Below are positions 20,823 through 30,466 of a stretch of 64,000 nt of DNA, in pieces. The position numbers were made by a program, and so were the translations under genes. This DNA is from a bacterium. GTDB taxonomy: Bacteria > Electryoneota > JAOADG01. Within the stretch, counting starts at the first letter, position 1, and every line of letters starts with the position of its first letter. The notes below the pieces were generated by a model that worked only from the letters and a program-made list of their open reading frames with translations, searched no databases and was not told the origin of the DNA. The DNA lies in NCBI GenBank assembly GCA_963681965.1, contig OY820579.1, forward strand, positions 1,632,001 to 1,696,000. Reading direction: 5' to 3'.

Positions 20823-23264
20823 ATGATTCGCATTTCCTATCGTTGGTTGCAAGATTTTATTGAGCTTCCGGAAGCGCCGGAAGAAGTGAAGCAATTGCTC
20901 ACGTTTCTCGGCTTCGAGGTCGAAGAAGCGCGCTACATTCCCGGTGTTCCCGATGGCGTGTATGCGGCGTATGTGCTGGAAGTGCTGCCGCATCCGAATG
21001 CCGATAAACTGCATCTGGTGACAGTGGCGCTAAACGGCGAGACCAAAACCGTAGTGTGCGGTGCTCCGAATATCGATGTGCATCAGTGGGTACCACTCGC
21101 GCTGGTCGGTACTAAAATCGGCGATATCACGCTGACGTCGCGCCCGATCCGTGGCGTGATCAGCGATGGCATGATTTGCTCGGAACGGGAACTCGGACGA
21201 AGCGACGATCACAGCGGCATTTGGGTACTCGGGGTTGGCGATTGCGACGAGTGGGATGCCGGTGAACCGCTATCGAAACGAATTCTCGACGACACAATCT
21301 TCTCGATCGAAGTGACGCTGAATCGACCGGATTGTCTGTCTCATCTTGGTATCGCGCGCGAATTGGCGGCGAAATTGAAACGCGAAATTCATGTACACCC
21401 GACACCGATCGACGAATTGGACGAACCGGCATCGAATCAGATCAAAGTTGTTCTGGACGATTCAGTCGGCTGTCCGCGGTATCGTGCAAGATTGATGCGC
21501 AATGTCAATGCGAACCGACCATCGCCATTCTGGCTGCGCGAACGCCTCAAAGCTATGGGGACTCGGTCAATTAACGCAGTGGTTGACGCTACAAATTATG
21601 TGATGTTCGAGGTGGGACATCCGCTACATGCCTTTGATCGATCCTTCCTCAAGGGGAATGAAATCGGGACACGAATTGCCGCCGAAGGGGAAATTTTTGT
21701 CACCCTAGACGATGTCGAGCGGACACTTAACGCTGGGGATGTGTTGATTCGAGATGGCGAACATGCAGTGGCGCTAGGTGGCATCATGGGTGGCAAGAAC
21801 AGTGAGATTCGCGATACGACGCGCGATATCCTGCTCGAAGCTGCGTATTTCCATCCTGTAACGATTCGAAGGACCGCCAAGCGACTCGGCATTTCCAGCG
21901 AATCGTCGAAGCGGTTCGAACGCGGTGCCGATCCCGAAGGAGTCGTGTACGCAATGGAACGTGTCACTTCTTTGATCCAGATGTTGGCTGGCGGCGAGGT
22001 CTATTTTCATGCTGTCGATTCGTATCCGAATCCCGTGAAGCGGGATCCCGTATCGCTCCGAGAGAAGCGTCTACACTCGCTGTTAGGGTTTGATGCGATC
22101 TCGCTCGGAGAGGCAGAAACGATTTTGAACCGACTCGGTTTCTCAACCATCTCTAAAACACCGGATGAAATCACGGTTTCGGTTCCGTCGCACCGTCACG
22201 ACATTTCGCGCGAGATTGATTTGATTGAAGAAGTGGGGCGGGTTTACGGCTACGAACATATTCCTACGAAGGGTTCGGCGACGATTCCGATGAAGATCGA
22301 CGAATTGCCCGATTGGCGCGCACGCCAACGCTGGAGCGGCTGGGCGCGTGGATTGGGGTGTTCGGAAGCGGTCTCGAATTCGATGGTGGATCCGGACGAT
22401 TTGGCACCGCTTGGATTGCTGGACAATGCCATCCGGATTGCGAATCCGATTGCTCCGGAACTGTCTGTATTGCGACCGAATCTCTTAGTTTCGCTTGTCA
22501 AAGCAGCGGCACATAATTTGCATCATGGACGGGAAAGAATCGCGCTCTTTGAAATTGGCAGGGTCTTCGGAAAAGGGTTGATTCCGGCGGATTCGACCGA
22601 ACGGTGGCACTTAGGGATCGTTTTCGCGGGAACCGCACTACCGGAATGGTGGCGCGACAGCAAACCGCGACCGGTGGACAGCACCGATCTGACCGGAGTT
22701 TTCGAGGAAATACGCGCGCTCGGGCTTGCATCATTACGCTGGAAGGCTTATGATTCCGTACATTTACTAGAAGAGGCTTTTTTATTAAGCGACGGCGAGC
22801 GACCGATCGGGTATGCCGGTAAGTTGCCGGGAGCGGTTCGCAAAGACATTCTAAGACCGGAATCGCAAGCAGCGGCGAAACGATTCGATCTCGATCATCC
22901 ACTTTGGATTATCGAAATCAATTGTGAACCATTTCAGTTGGAAGCGGCAATCCCGCAGTATCGAGCGTTTTCCCGGTTCCCGGAAGTAACCCGCGATTTG
23001 TCGTTCCAAATACCGGAAGCGATGGCGGCGGGCGAATTGCTTGAAGCAGCCAATGCGGCGATTGCGCAGCGAATGTATGTTACCGGTGTTACATTGTTCG
23101 ACCGTCACGAAGACAAGACGACGAAATTGACCTCGCTCGGTATTCGTATGAAATTGAAAGCTGCCGACCGGACCTTGACGGAACAGGAAATTGCCGGTGC
23201 GGTAGATGACGTGGTTACTGCGATTACCCGATTGGCGGGCGTGGAGCTGCGAGGCGGAAAATGA
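20823..23264 (+). CDS. pheT: Phenylalanine-tRNA ligase beta subunit
   Basis: HPNADKL, SDGMICSEREL, NRPDCLS, GHPLHAFD, DLIEEVGRVYGY, SRFPEVTRD. Confidence 0.98.
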   Translation: MIRISYRWLQDFIELPEAPEEVKQLLTFLGFEVEEARYIPGVPDGVYAAYVLEVLPHPNADKLHLVTVALNGETKTVVCGAPNIDVHQWVPLALVGTKIGDITLTSRPIRGVISDGMICSERELGRSDDHSGIWVLGVGDCDEWDAGEPLSKRILDDTIFSIEVTLNRPDCLSHLGIARELAAKLKREIHVHPTPIDELDEPASNQIKVVLDDSVGCPRYRARLMRNVNANRPSPFWLRERLKAMGTRSINAVVDATNYVMFEVGHPLHAFDRSFLKGNEIGTRIAAEGEIFVTLDDVERTLNAGDVLIRDGEHAVALGGIMGGKNSEIRDTTRDILLEAAYFHPVTIRRTAKRLGISSESSKRFERGADPEGVVYAMERVTSLIQMLAGGEVYFHAVDSYPNPVKRDPVSLREKRLHSLLGFDAISLGEAETILNRLGFSTISKTPDEITVSVPSHRHDISREIDLIEEVGRVYGYEHIPTKGSATIPMKIDELPDWRARQRWSGWARGLGCSEAVSNSMVDPDDLAPLGLLDNAIRIANPIAPELSVLRPNLLVSLVKAAAHNLHHGRERIALFEIGRVFGKGLIPADSTERWHLGIVFAGTALPEWWRDSKPRPVDSTDLTGVFEEIRALGLASLRWKAYDSVHLLEEAFLLSDGERPIGYAGKLPGAVRKDILRPESQAAAKRFDLDHPLWIIEINCEPFQLEAAIPQYRAFSRFPEVTRDLSFQIPEAMAAGELLEAANAAIAQRMYVTGVTLFDRHEDKTTKLTSLGIRMKLKAADRTLTEQEIAGAVDDVVTAITRLAGVELRGGK

Positions 23265-23632
23265 CATTGGAACTTTTTGAGGACCCCATGGACAGCAGTA
23301 TTCTTGAAGCGTTGGAACAACGATTTGATCAATTAAAAAACAAGTTGGCAGCGACTCGCGATGAGTTGGCGAATGCACGACAGGAAAACGAAGTGTTGCG
23401 CGGCGAGATCGAGAAGACTCGTCAGGAGCGCGATCAGGCATTAGCCGAAAACAGTGTGTTGACTTCGAATTTGGACGATACGACAAATGCGAAGAATGCG
23501 TTAAGCAGCGAGCTGGATGCGTTGAAACTGGAACTGATTGAAGCGAAACGCGATCTTTCAGCCCGGGAAGAGAAGCAGGATAATTTCCGGGGAAAAGTGC
23601 AAGCCCTGCTGGCGAAGATGGAAGAGATGTAA
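23261..23632 (+). CDS. Coiled-coil protein, ZapB-like by position
   Basis: Heptad-rich helical sequence between pheT (ATGA overlap) and zapA. Confidence 0.65.
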   Translation: MTLELFEDPMDSSILEALEQRFDQLKNKLAATRDELANARQENEVLRGEIEKTRQERDQALAENSVLTSNLDDTTNAKNALSSELDALKLELIEAKRDLSAREEKQDNFRGKVQALLAKMEEM

Positions 23633-23658
23633 CCCAAGTCGAACCGGCACCGGAAGCA

Positions 23659-24027
23659 GTGGCAGAAACAATGCCCACGACTCCGGTACCATCCGAAAAG
23701 CCGGTAGGGAAGCGACAGGAGAAGGCGATGGCGGTACAACCTACGGTGGTAAGAGTCCGTATCTTCGGGCAGGAATACGGCGTGAAAGGCGATGCCGACG
23801 CCGATTATATCAAGAAGGTCGCCGAATACGTCGATGCGAAAATGCGCGACGTCGAGGAGACGCTCACGCAAGGCAGTTCGCCGCTGAAAATTGCGGTGCT
23901 TGCTGCGCTCAATCTGACCGACGAACTGTTCATGGCATGGGAAGAGCGCGACAAATTGAAAAACGATATCGAAGCGAAAGCGCGTGCTTTGACTGAACGG
24001 ATGAACAAAGCACTGGACGACGATTAG
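23659..24027 (+). CDS. zapA: Cell division protein ZapA
   Basis: VRIFGQEY, VAEYVDAKM, IAVLAALNLTDELF. Start may be 23728. Confidence 0.92.
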   Translation: MAETMPTTPVPSEKPVGKRQEKAMAVQPTVVRVRIFGQEYGVKGDADADYIKKVAEYVDAKMRDVEETLTQGSSPLKIAVLAALNLTDELFMAWEERDKLKNDIEAKARALTERMNKALDDD

Positions 24028-24078
24028 ACGTCGGTGTGATCGATTTCGTACAACTTGACTATAGGTTTGAAATGGCTT

Positions 24079-24260
24079 TGTCCGACCGGTTGATGATCAA
24101 AGGGAGGAACCATCACTAGAGAACCGGGAGCTTGACGTCGAATGGCAATGACACGCCCCCGCCGCATGCGCGACGCCAGGGGAAGTCAGACCCACGAGAG
24201 GAAGCACCCACCGTAATCCAACGGCGTGGTTCTCTCACCAATGCATGACTGGTCGGGCAC
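24079..24260 (+). ncRNA. ssrS: 6S RNA
   Basis: About 180 nt directly after zapA (conserved position); ends pair (GTCCGACCGGT with ACTGGTCGGGC); inner pairing GAACCA with TGGTTC; followed by a terminator. Confidence 0.85.
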
Positions 24261-24266
24261 GATTGT

Positions 24267-24305
24267 AAAAAAAACGGGTACACGAAGAGTGTGCCCGTTT
24301 TTTTT
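24267..24305. terminator. Bidirectional terminator
   Basis: A tract-CGGGTACAC-gaaga-GTGTGCCCG-T tract. Confidence 0.88.
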
Positions 24306-24342
24306 GCGATCGATGCACGATTGATGCACAGACGAAAAAAAT

Positions 24343-25710
24343 TTACAGAATCTTATATCCCAAATCGGTGACTGCACTCCAGTAAATCGGTTGCTTCCTG
24401 CCATCGATTTTCTGGAAGCGGATGGTCTGCGTCAAGACGAATTTAGACGCGATATAGATATTCAGTGTTGAACTGAGGGATCCCTGTACGACGACGGCGC
24501 GCAATGATTTCAGATATATGTAATTTTGCGGTGGTAGCTGTTTGGACACATAGAGATTTGCTTGATTCGACAGGATGATATGTCGAGCCAGTTCGTAATC
24601 GAGTTCCGTAAATCCGGAAAGTGTATATCCGTAACTGTGGGTGCTGCGGATTCCCGTCCGTTTGAAGGAAATGGAATTGTTCCACTGCAATTTCATCGAC
24701 AAGGGTTTGTAGTATTCTAGCGTTCCTATCACCACTGGACGATCGTCTTTCGTAAGCTCAGTAAAACTGGAGTCGCCGTCGTAATACGCTTTTGTGCTGT
24801 TATAACCCTGATAATCGAAGCCATAACCGGCACTAACCGCCCAGCCATGTTCGCGTGCATACCAACTTTCGTTCAAAACTTCGGAGATAATTCGCTCGCC
24901 GACACCACCTAACGCATTTCGATTGAATTTACCCGATGCAATCAGCACTTTCCCCATTGCATCGTACCATTCGAAGAGATAGGAACTGATGACACTGGTC
25001 GCTGAACCGGAAACTGTTATTAGGTTGGATTTCGAGTCACCTGAAAGAGAAGAGTTTATCACATTTGATTTAGGATCCTTGTATTTATTGATGAATTCAT
25101 CGCGACGGTCGATCACATTCGCCAGATCAGTCAACTGCGCATCGGTCAAATCGCCACTTACGAATTCGATTTCCCGTAACCGATCGACGATTTCCACTGC
25201 TTTCCGCAATGATGTTGCATTCTCGACTCGGCCATACCCCATGCCGAGTGTACCGCTGAATGCCCGATAGTGACTGCGCGATAGCGTGCGGGGATGAATA
25301 CTGTAGCGGTAGCGATCGTACGAGTACTGAAACGAGGCATTGAATCGACCGAACCAGTCGTTGCTCATGGTGTGGTAATGATCGAGGGTCACCTGATCGT
25401 ATTGATTGAAATAGCTCCTGGTATTTGGATCACTCCGATTGAAGCCGCCCGAAGTTTGATGATAGAAATTATAGCGGTTTTTGTCCGACCAATATTTGCG
25501 GGTGAAATTTGCACTGGTATTGATATAGTACCCGACTTTCGAACTATCGGTTAATTCTCCCGAAAAGTCAGAGTGGTAAATCAGATTGAGTTCCTGCCAC
25601 ACCGATTTTGGATAACTGTATTGCGATAGATCGATGGAAAGTGCCACAAGTGGCAGCAGGATGATAATTAGTACGAGAAATATTACCGGTTTCTGCATGG
25701 CAAACTCCAA
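24343..25710 (-). CDS. Putative outer-membrane beta-barrel protein
   Basis: Signal peptide, Tyr/Ser-rich alternating strands, C-terminus DLGYKIL. Confidence 0.6.
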   Translation of the reverse strand: MEFAMQKPVIFLVLIIILLPLVALSIDLSQYSYPKSVWQELNLIYHSDFSGELTDSSKVGYYINTSANFTRKYWSDKNRYNFYHQTSGGFNRSDPNTRSYFNQYDQVTLDHYHTMSNDWFGRFNASFQYSYDRYRYSIHPRTLSRSHYRAFSGTLGMGYGRVENATSLRKAVEIVDRLREIEFVSGDLTDAQLTDLANVIDRRDEFINKYKDPKSNVINSSLSGDSKSNLITVSGSATSVISSYLFEWYDAMGKVLIASGKFNRNALGGVGERIISEVLNESWYAREHGWAVSAGYGFDYQGYNSTKAYYDGDSSFTELTKDDRPVVIGTLEYYKPLSMKLQWNNSISFKRTGIRSTHSYGYTLSGFTELDYELARHIILSNQANLYVSKQLPPQNYIYLKSLRAVVVQGSLSSTLNIYIASKFVLTQTIRFQKIDGRKQPIYWSAVTDLGYKIL

Positions 25711-26039
25711 AGCATGAGGTCTAAGTGGTCGATAAAGATATTCTATGTATTGAGGTAAACGATATATCGTGACGACTTCTCGATTACTTCATTTAATTGA
25801 TGGAAATTGATTTCTGAACTCATCTAGCGTCTTCTGCATAAAACAATGGCTATCTGCGTCGACGAAATCCGGTGAAGCGAAGCAGGTAGCTCATATCCGA
25901 TCCTGTAATGAATCTCGATGAATGTAAAATTTGATGATGTAAAAAAAAGATATTAATTGTTAATCAGTAGTGCAAGCGAAAATGGTAATTGTTAAACCTG
26001 TCCGCTTCACTACATCAAGGTTTTCCTCGAAACGACGAA

Positions 26040-26200
26040 TCAGGATACAAGATAAAAATAAAACGCCCAATCGGAGTTGGGCAGTACTACAAGATGAGGG
26101 ATACAAAAACGGGGGCATGTGGGGATGCCCCCCTACTGCAGGATAAAGGATAAAGAAATTATAACGAATAAAACGCAGGCTAAAGCCAGCGGTTACAAAT
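26040..26200. repeat. REP-like palindromes with CAGGATA/CAAGATA heptamers
   Basis: GGGGGCATGTGGGGATGCCCCCCTAC (reverse GTAG-type), CGCAGGCTAAAGCCAGCGGTTACA, GCCCAATCGGAGTTGGGC. Confidence 0.6.
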
Positions 26201-26258
26201 AAATTACCTCGTCATCCGTAAGCTAACGGATTTGTCAGAACGGAAACACCAAGCAAAA

Positions 26259-26918
26259 TTAATTTTCGCTCAGCCGATTGATGTCGCGGTTCTCGTGGAT
26301 GAGTCGACCTTCTCCCGATTTAGCAACGTGAATCATCGCGCGACCGACTTTCTCGGTAGTAGTAACATAATCGGGGAAGAGCATCTTCCAGACCGGATAG
26401 AGCGGTCCCAAGACCGCATACATGAAGCGATACAACAAAGTGCGCGATTTGATGCCGTAGAGCGGTTGGATGAATGCGGGTCGAAAGATATGAACCGATT
26501 TGAATGGAAGTTGCAGTAACGTCTGTTCCGTTATCCGTTTGACCCGTGCCCACATCTGCTTCGGGTTGTCGGCACCCGTGCCGGAGAGAAATATAAACGT
26601 GAGATTCGGATTGAATTTGAGCAACGGTTCAACAATCGTCATCGTCAAATCATGAGTGATTCGATGATACTCCGCTTCACTCATTCCGAATGCTGAAACC
26701 CCGAGGCAAAAAAAACAGGCATCGAATCCAGTCAGTTGCTCTGGATATTCGGGAAGCTGATTGAAGTCGGAAACAATCAACTCAGTGAGTTTGGAGTGAT
26801 TCTGCGAGGTGTGATTTCTGCCCACCGCTAACACCCGATCAATTGCGTTGTCGGATAAACATTCCCGTAAAACTCCCTGTCCGACCATTCCGGTAGCACC
26901 GAAAATCATTACCTGCAC
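26259..26918 (-). CDS. NAD(P)-binding epimerase/dehydratase-like protein
   Basis: GATGMVGQG Rossmann motif; DACFFCLGVS; MWARVK. Confidence 0.9.
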   Translation of the reverse strand: MQVMIFGATGMVGQGVLRECLSDNAIDRVLAVGRNHTSQNHSKLTELIVSDFNQLPEYPEQLTGFDACFFCLGVSAFGMSEAEYHRITHDLTMTIVEPLLKFNPNLTFIFLSGTGADNPKQMWARVKRITEQTLLQLPFKSVHIFRPAFIQPLYGIKSRTLLYRFMYAVLGPLYPVWKMLFPDYVTTTEKVGRAMIHVAKSGEGRLIHENRDINRLSEN

Positions 26919-26977
26919 GATGTCTCCTTATTGATTTAGATGGTATTCAACTCTACTGGAAGATCGTTCGAATCGAC

Positions 26978-27481
26978 TCAGCGATTGCCACGGGAAACCA
27001 TCAGCTCTAAGTCTTCACGAAGACTTTGGAGATCTTCCTCATGTTCGACTTCCTGTTCAAGTATCGTTAATGCGAGGTTGTAAGTCACCATATCCTTGTC
27101 TTTGGTGGAGTCCATCAGCGCTTTGTAGGCGGAAATGGCACATTGTTCGCCGGCGATATTCTGATCGAGTAAGACTGCGACATAGGGATCGGTAGGGTCG
27201 TCGTAGGCGCAGGGACTCAATTTGAACCAATCCATCGGATTGGTGACCGGAGTTCCACCCAACTGAAGAATCCGGGTCGCTAGCAATGTGGCATGGTTGA
27301 GTTCTTCGGTAGCATGCAACGTCAACTCAGCAATGACGGCGTCTTTCATCGGTCCTTTGATGATCTTGGCACCGATCCAATATTGATAATAGGCAAGCCA
27401 TTCGCTGGCATAGGCTGCATTCAATAGTTTAAGTATTTCATCGACATCCATCCCGATGATTTCGCGTCCTCGAACGCCCAT
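26978..27481 (-). CDS. DPS-like (DpsL) ferritin-family protein
   Basis: ASEWLAYYQYW, EELNHA, GEQCAI, EVEHEEDL di-iron motifs; GGAG Shine-Dalgarno before ATG 27481. Confidence 0.88.
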   Translation of the reverse strand: MGVRGREIIGMDVDEILKLLNAAYASEWLAYYQYWIGAKIIKGPMKDAVIAELTLHATEELNHATLLATRILQLGGTPVTNPMDWFKLSPCAYDDPTDPYVAVLLDQNIAGEQCAISAYKALMDSTKDKDMVTYNLALTILEQEVEHEEDLQSLREDLELMVSRGNR

Positions 27482-27620
27482 AACTCCTCCCGAATTCAGG
27501 TAATTGTTGATCGGAACTATATTATCGCTGTGAAGTGATACGGGCAATAGCGGAGAGTTCGAAGCAAGGGTTTTCAACGACCGTTCTTGTTTCTATATTG
27601 AAATCGAAGAGTAACGTTGT

Positions 27621-28439
27621 ATGAAATCGAAAGTGAGCGAAGTGCCGATACAGATCTTATTTCTTGGCGATGTCGTGGGCGATCCGGGAATTGCGATCGT
27701 GGCAAACTGGTTACCGCAACGGTTGTCTACGCACCAATACGATTTGGTGATTGCCAATGGCGAAAATGCCTCGCACGGTCGGGGAATCACGATCAAGCAG
27801 GTAAAGGAGCTGTTGAAAGCCGGCGTCCAGGTGATTACCGGAGGCAATCATATTTTCGATCGCGAAAAAGTGGTTGATGCTTTCAATGCTTACCCGGAAA
27901 TACTGTTACGACCGGCAAACTATCCCCCCGAAGTGATGGGGAAGGGTTCGACCATCTTTGAAACGACTTCCGGATATAAAATCGGAGTGATCAATTTACA
28001 AGGTCGCGCTTTCATGATTCCGATCGAGAATCCATTCAGTGTTGGCGAAAGCATTATCGGCGAAATGACGAAAATTACTCCGATCATTTTGATCGATTTT
28101 CATGCCGAAGCGACTGCCGAAAAATTGGCTTTTGCTAGATTTATCGATGGTCGAGTCAGCGCGATTATCGGGACTCATACACACGTTCAGACGAATGATG
28201 CCGAAGTCTTGCCGGGTGGAACGGCATATATCTGCGATGTTGGCATGACCGGTTCTCACGGCGGAGTGATCGGAATGGAGACGCAGGCAGCGATCTATCG
28301 AGCCCGGATGGGTGTAGCGCCACCGTCGGCACCGGCAGTTGGCGACGATCGAATCCATGCGGTAGAAATTTCGATCGACGAGACTTCCGGAAAAGCAATT
28401 TCGATTTTACCAATTCGATGGAGCGAGACCCAGCGATGA
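27621..28439 (+). CDS. ymdB: YmdB/TIGR00282 metallophosphoesterase
   Basis: GDVVG, NGEN, TGGNH, DFHAEATAEK, GTHTHV, DVGMTG. Confidence 0.93.
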   Translation: MKSKVSEVPIQILFLGDVVGDPGIAIVANWLPQRLSTHQYDLVIANGENASHGRGITIKQVKELLKAGVQVITGGNHIFDREKVVDAFNAYPEILLRPANYPPEVMGKGSTIFETTSGYKIGVINLQGRAFMIPIENPFSVGESIIGEMTKITPIILIDFHAEATAEKLAFARFIDGRVSAIIGTHTHVQTNDAEVLPGGTAYICDVGMTGSHGGVIGMETQAAIYRARMGVAPPSAPAVGDDRIHAVEISIDETSGKAISILPIRWSETQR

Positions 28440-30007
28440 ATTCAATTCTAATCTGCAACGTTCGGGTTTATCGTCCCGGAGTTCCACTGTCGCGACGTCC
28501 GCGCGCGTTCGAAATTCGACATGGTCGATTCTATCGTTTCTTCGACGAGCCGTATCCGGATGGAGGACATGATCGAATTGATATGCATGAGGCGTACGTC
28601 TACCCCGGATTTTTCGATAGTCATACGCATTTCGTCTGGGGTGGATCCGCACTGGGACCGTTGAATTTCAGTAATGTTTCATCGGTCGACGAGCTACGCG
28701 CTCGAATCGCGAAAGTATGTTACGAAATGGACAGTGATCCGGGGCGTGGGTGGATCGTTGGATTGGGATTGGATCAAAGTGTATTGAATTTGACGCGTGC
28801 CGATCTGGATGAAATCACCGGCGATTATCCCACGATCATTGAAACCAAAGATCTTCATTCGGCGATTGCCAATCGGAAAGCGTTATCAATTGCCGGTTAC
28901 TGGGACAACGTGACCGATCCGGAAGGTGGTCGAGTAGAGCGCGTTGCTACCGGTGAACCGACCGGGTGGTTGCGCGAATTCGCAGTACACGCGATTAAGA
29001 AGCATATCCCCGAAGCAACCACTGTTGAACAACGACGGTGGTTCGAAGCGGCGGCGGAGTATGCTCTGGCAAACGGAGTGGTGGCTGTCGGCGAGAATGC
29101 CGACTGTTCGTTGGCGAAACAATATCACCATTGGGCTGAAGCAAGTGCGTTGCCTCTGCGAATTGATCTCTGGTTGAATGAAGGATGGCCTAACGACCGA
29201 ACTTTGCATTTTCCGAAACATCATTCGGATCGACTGCGAATCGCGACCCAAAAACTCTTTTTAGATGGTTCGATGGGGAGTCAAACGGCATGGTTTCGAG
29301 AACCCTATTGTTCCAATCCAGAATCAAACGGATTTCCATTACATACCGATGAAGAATTGTTTGAAGTGTTAGTTGCCTGCAGCGAACTGGGTTGGGACAG
29401 TGCCATTCACAATATCGGCGATGCCGCCTGCGCACAATTATTGCGGGTTGCCGATCGGCTCGAATTGGAGGGCTACCGCACCAACACGATTTGCGGTGAG
29501 CACTTGCAAGTGATAACCCCCGATGCTGCCGAGCGGATGGCTTCATTAGGAATCACTGCTTCGATGCAACCAATCCATTTGGCGGGAGACCGACGGTGGA
29601 TGGAGGCGCGGATCGGGAAAGATCGGTGTCGATTGGCATTTGCCTTCCGGAGTATCATTGATGCAGGAGTCACTTTGCGATTTGGCAGCGATTGGCCGGT
29701 TGAAAGTCTCAATCCGATCGCTGGACTTCGCACCGCAATTCTTAGAACGGGATATTCCAATGATTTAGGCGAATCATGGTATCCTGAACAAGGCTTAGAC
29801 TTCGATCAAGCTTTAGCCGCATTCACGATCAATCCCCATCTCCGAGCAGGTTGGCGCGAAGCGGGTCGATTAGAACCGGGCAATTCTGCCGATTTTCTCA
29901 TCCTTGAACAGGATTTAGCTTCAATCGACCCCCGAGAGTGGATTGAAGAGATTGTGGTTCAAACTTGGATCGGAGGAGAGTGCCTATTTAATAAGAATAG
30001 CCTCTAA
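28436..30007 (+). CDS. Amidohydrolase family 3 (YtcJ-like)
   Basis: PGFFDSHTH, KLFLDGSMGSQTA, HNIGD, EHLQ, FGSDWPV; ATGA overlap with ymdB. Confidence 0.92.
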   Translation: MNSILICNVRVYRPGVPLSRRPRAFEIRHGRFYRFFDEPYPDGGHDRIDMHEAYVYPGFFDSHTHFVWGGSALGPLNFSNVSSVDELRARIAKVCYEMDSDPGRGWIVGLGLDQSVLNLTRADLDEITGDYPTIIETKDLHSAIANRKALSIAGYWDNVTDPEGGRVERVATGEPTGWLREFAVHAIKKHIPEATTVEQRRWFEAAAEYALANGVVAVGENADCSLAKQYHHWAEASALPLRIDLWLNEGWPNDRTLHFPKHHSDRLRIATQKLFLDGSMGSQTAWFREPYCSNPESNGFPLHTDEELFEVLVACSELGWDSAIHNIGDAACAQLLRVADRLELEGYRTNTICGEHLQVITPDAAERMASLGITASMQPIHLAGDRRWMEARIGKDRCRLAFAFRSIIDAGVTLRFGSDWPVESLNPIAGLRTAILRTGYSNDLGESWYPEQGLDFDQALAAFTINPHLRAGWREAGRLEPGNSADFLILEQDLASIDPREWIEEIVVQTWIGGECLFNKNSL

Positions 30008-30466
30008 CTCTATCGGAATTTGTTAATTAAAAAAGGTAAGATTTAATCGAAGCGGTCTTTGACTCAGTTTGATAATAAACGTTACTGAAATTCTCATAAG
30101 CAATATGTAAGTTACTATTAAAATTATTTATATTATAAAACATGTTGAATTTTATTAATAAATCAGTCGAATTGTAGCAATATTCAACACTTTTCTACTT
30201 GATTTTCGAGATTACTCGTATTTAATACCACAAAGGTGCTAAATCTCGCAGTACGAGAATTTTCATTTTTTTTTTCGAGTGGTGGATATTTTGAATGGTA
30301 TTTGGTAACTTTGACCGTTTGAAATGGAGTATCAGTATCAGTGTGGGATGCTCGTTGTTATTCTTTACTGACTTCATTCGTTATTCGCAGTGCTTCCGCG
30401 GATGCGGTAGCATTTTTTTTATGTCCGGTTCGATCTTCGGGGCGGTAGGTAATTCGGGAGTATAAG

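Noticed and set aside
22851-23996. Long alternative-frame ORFs over pheT and zapA
   Set aside because: Shadow ORFs of conserved genes with no recognisable motifs.
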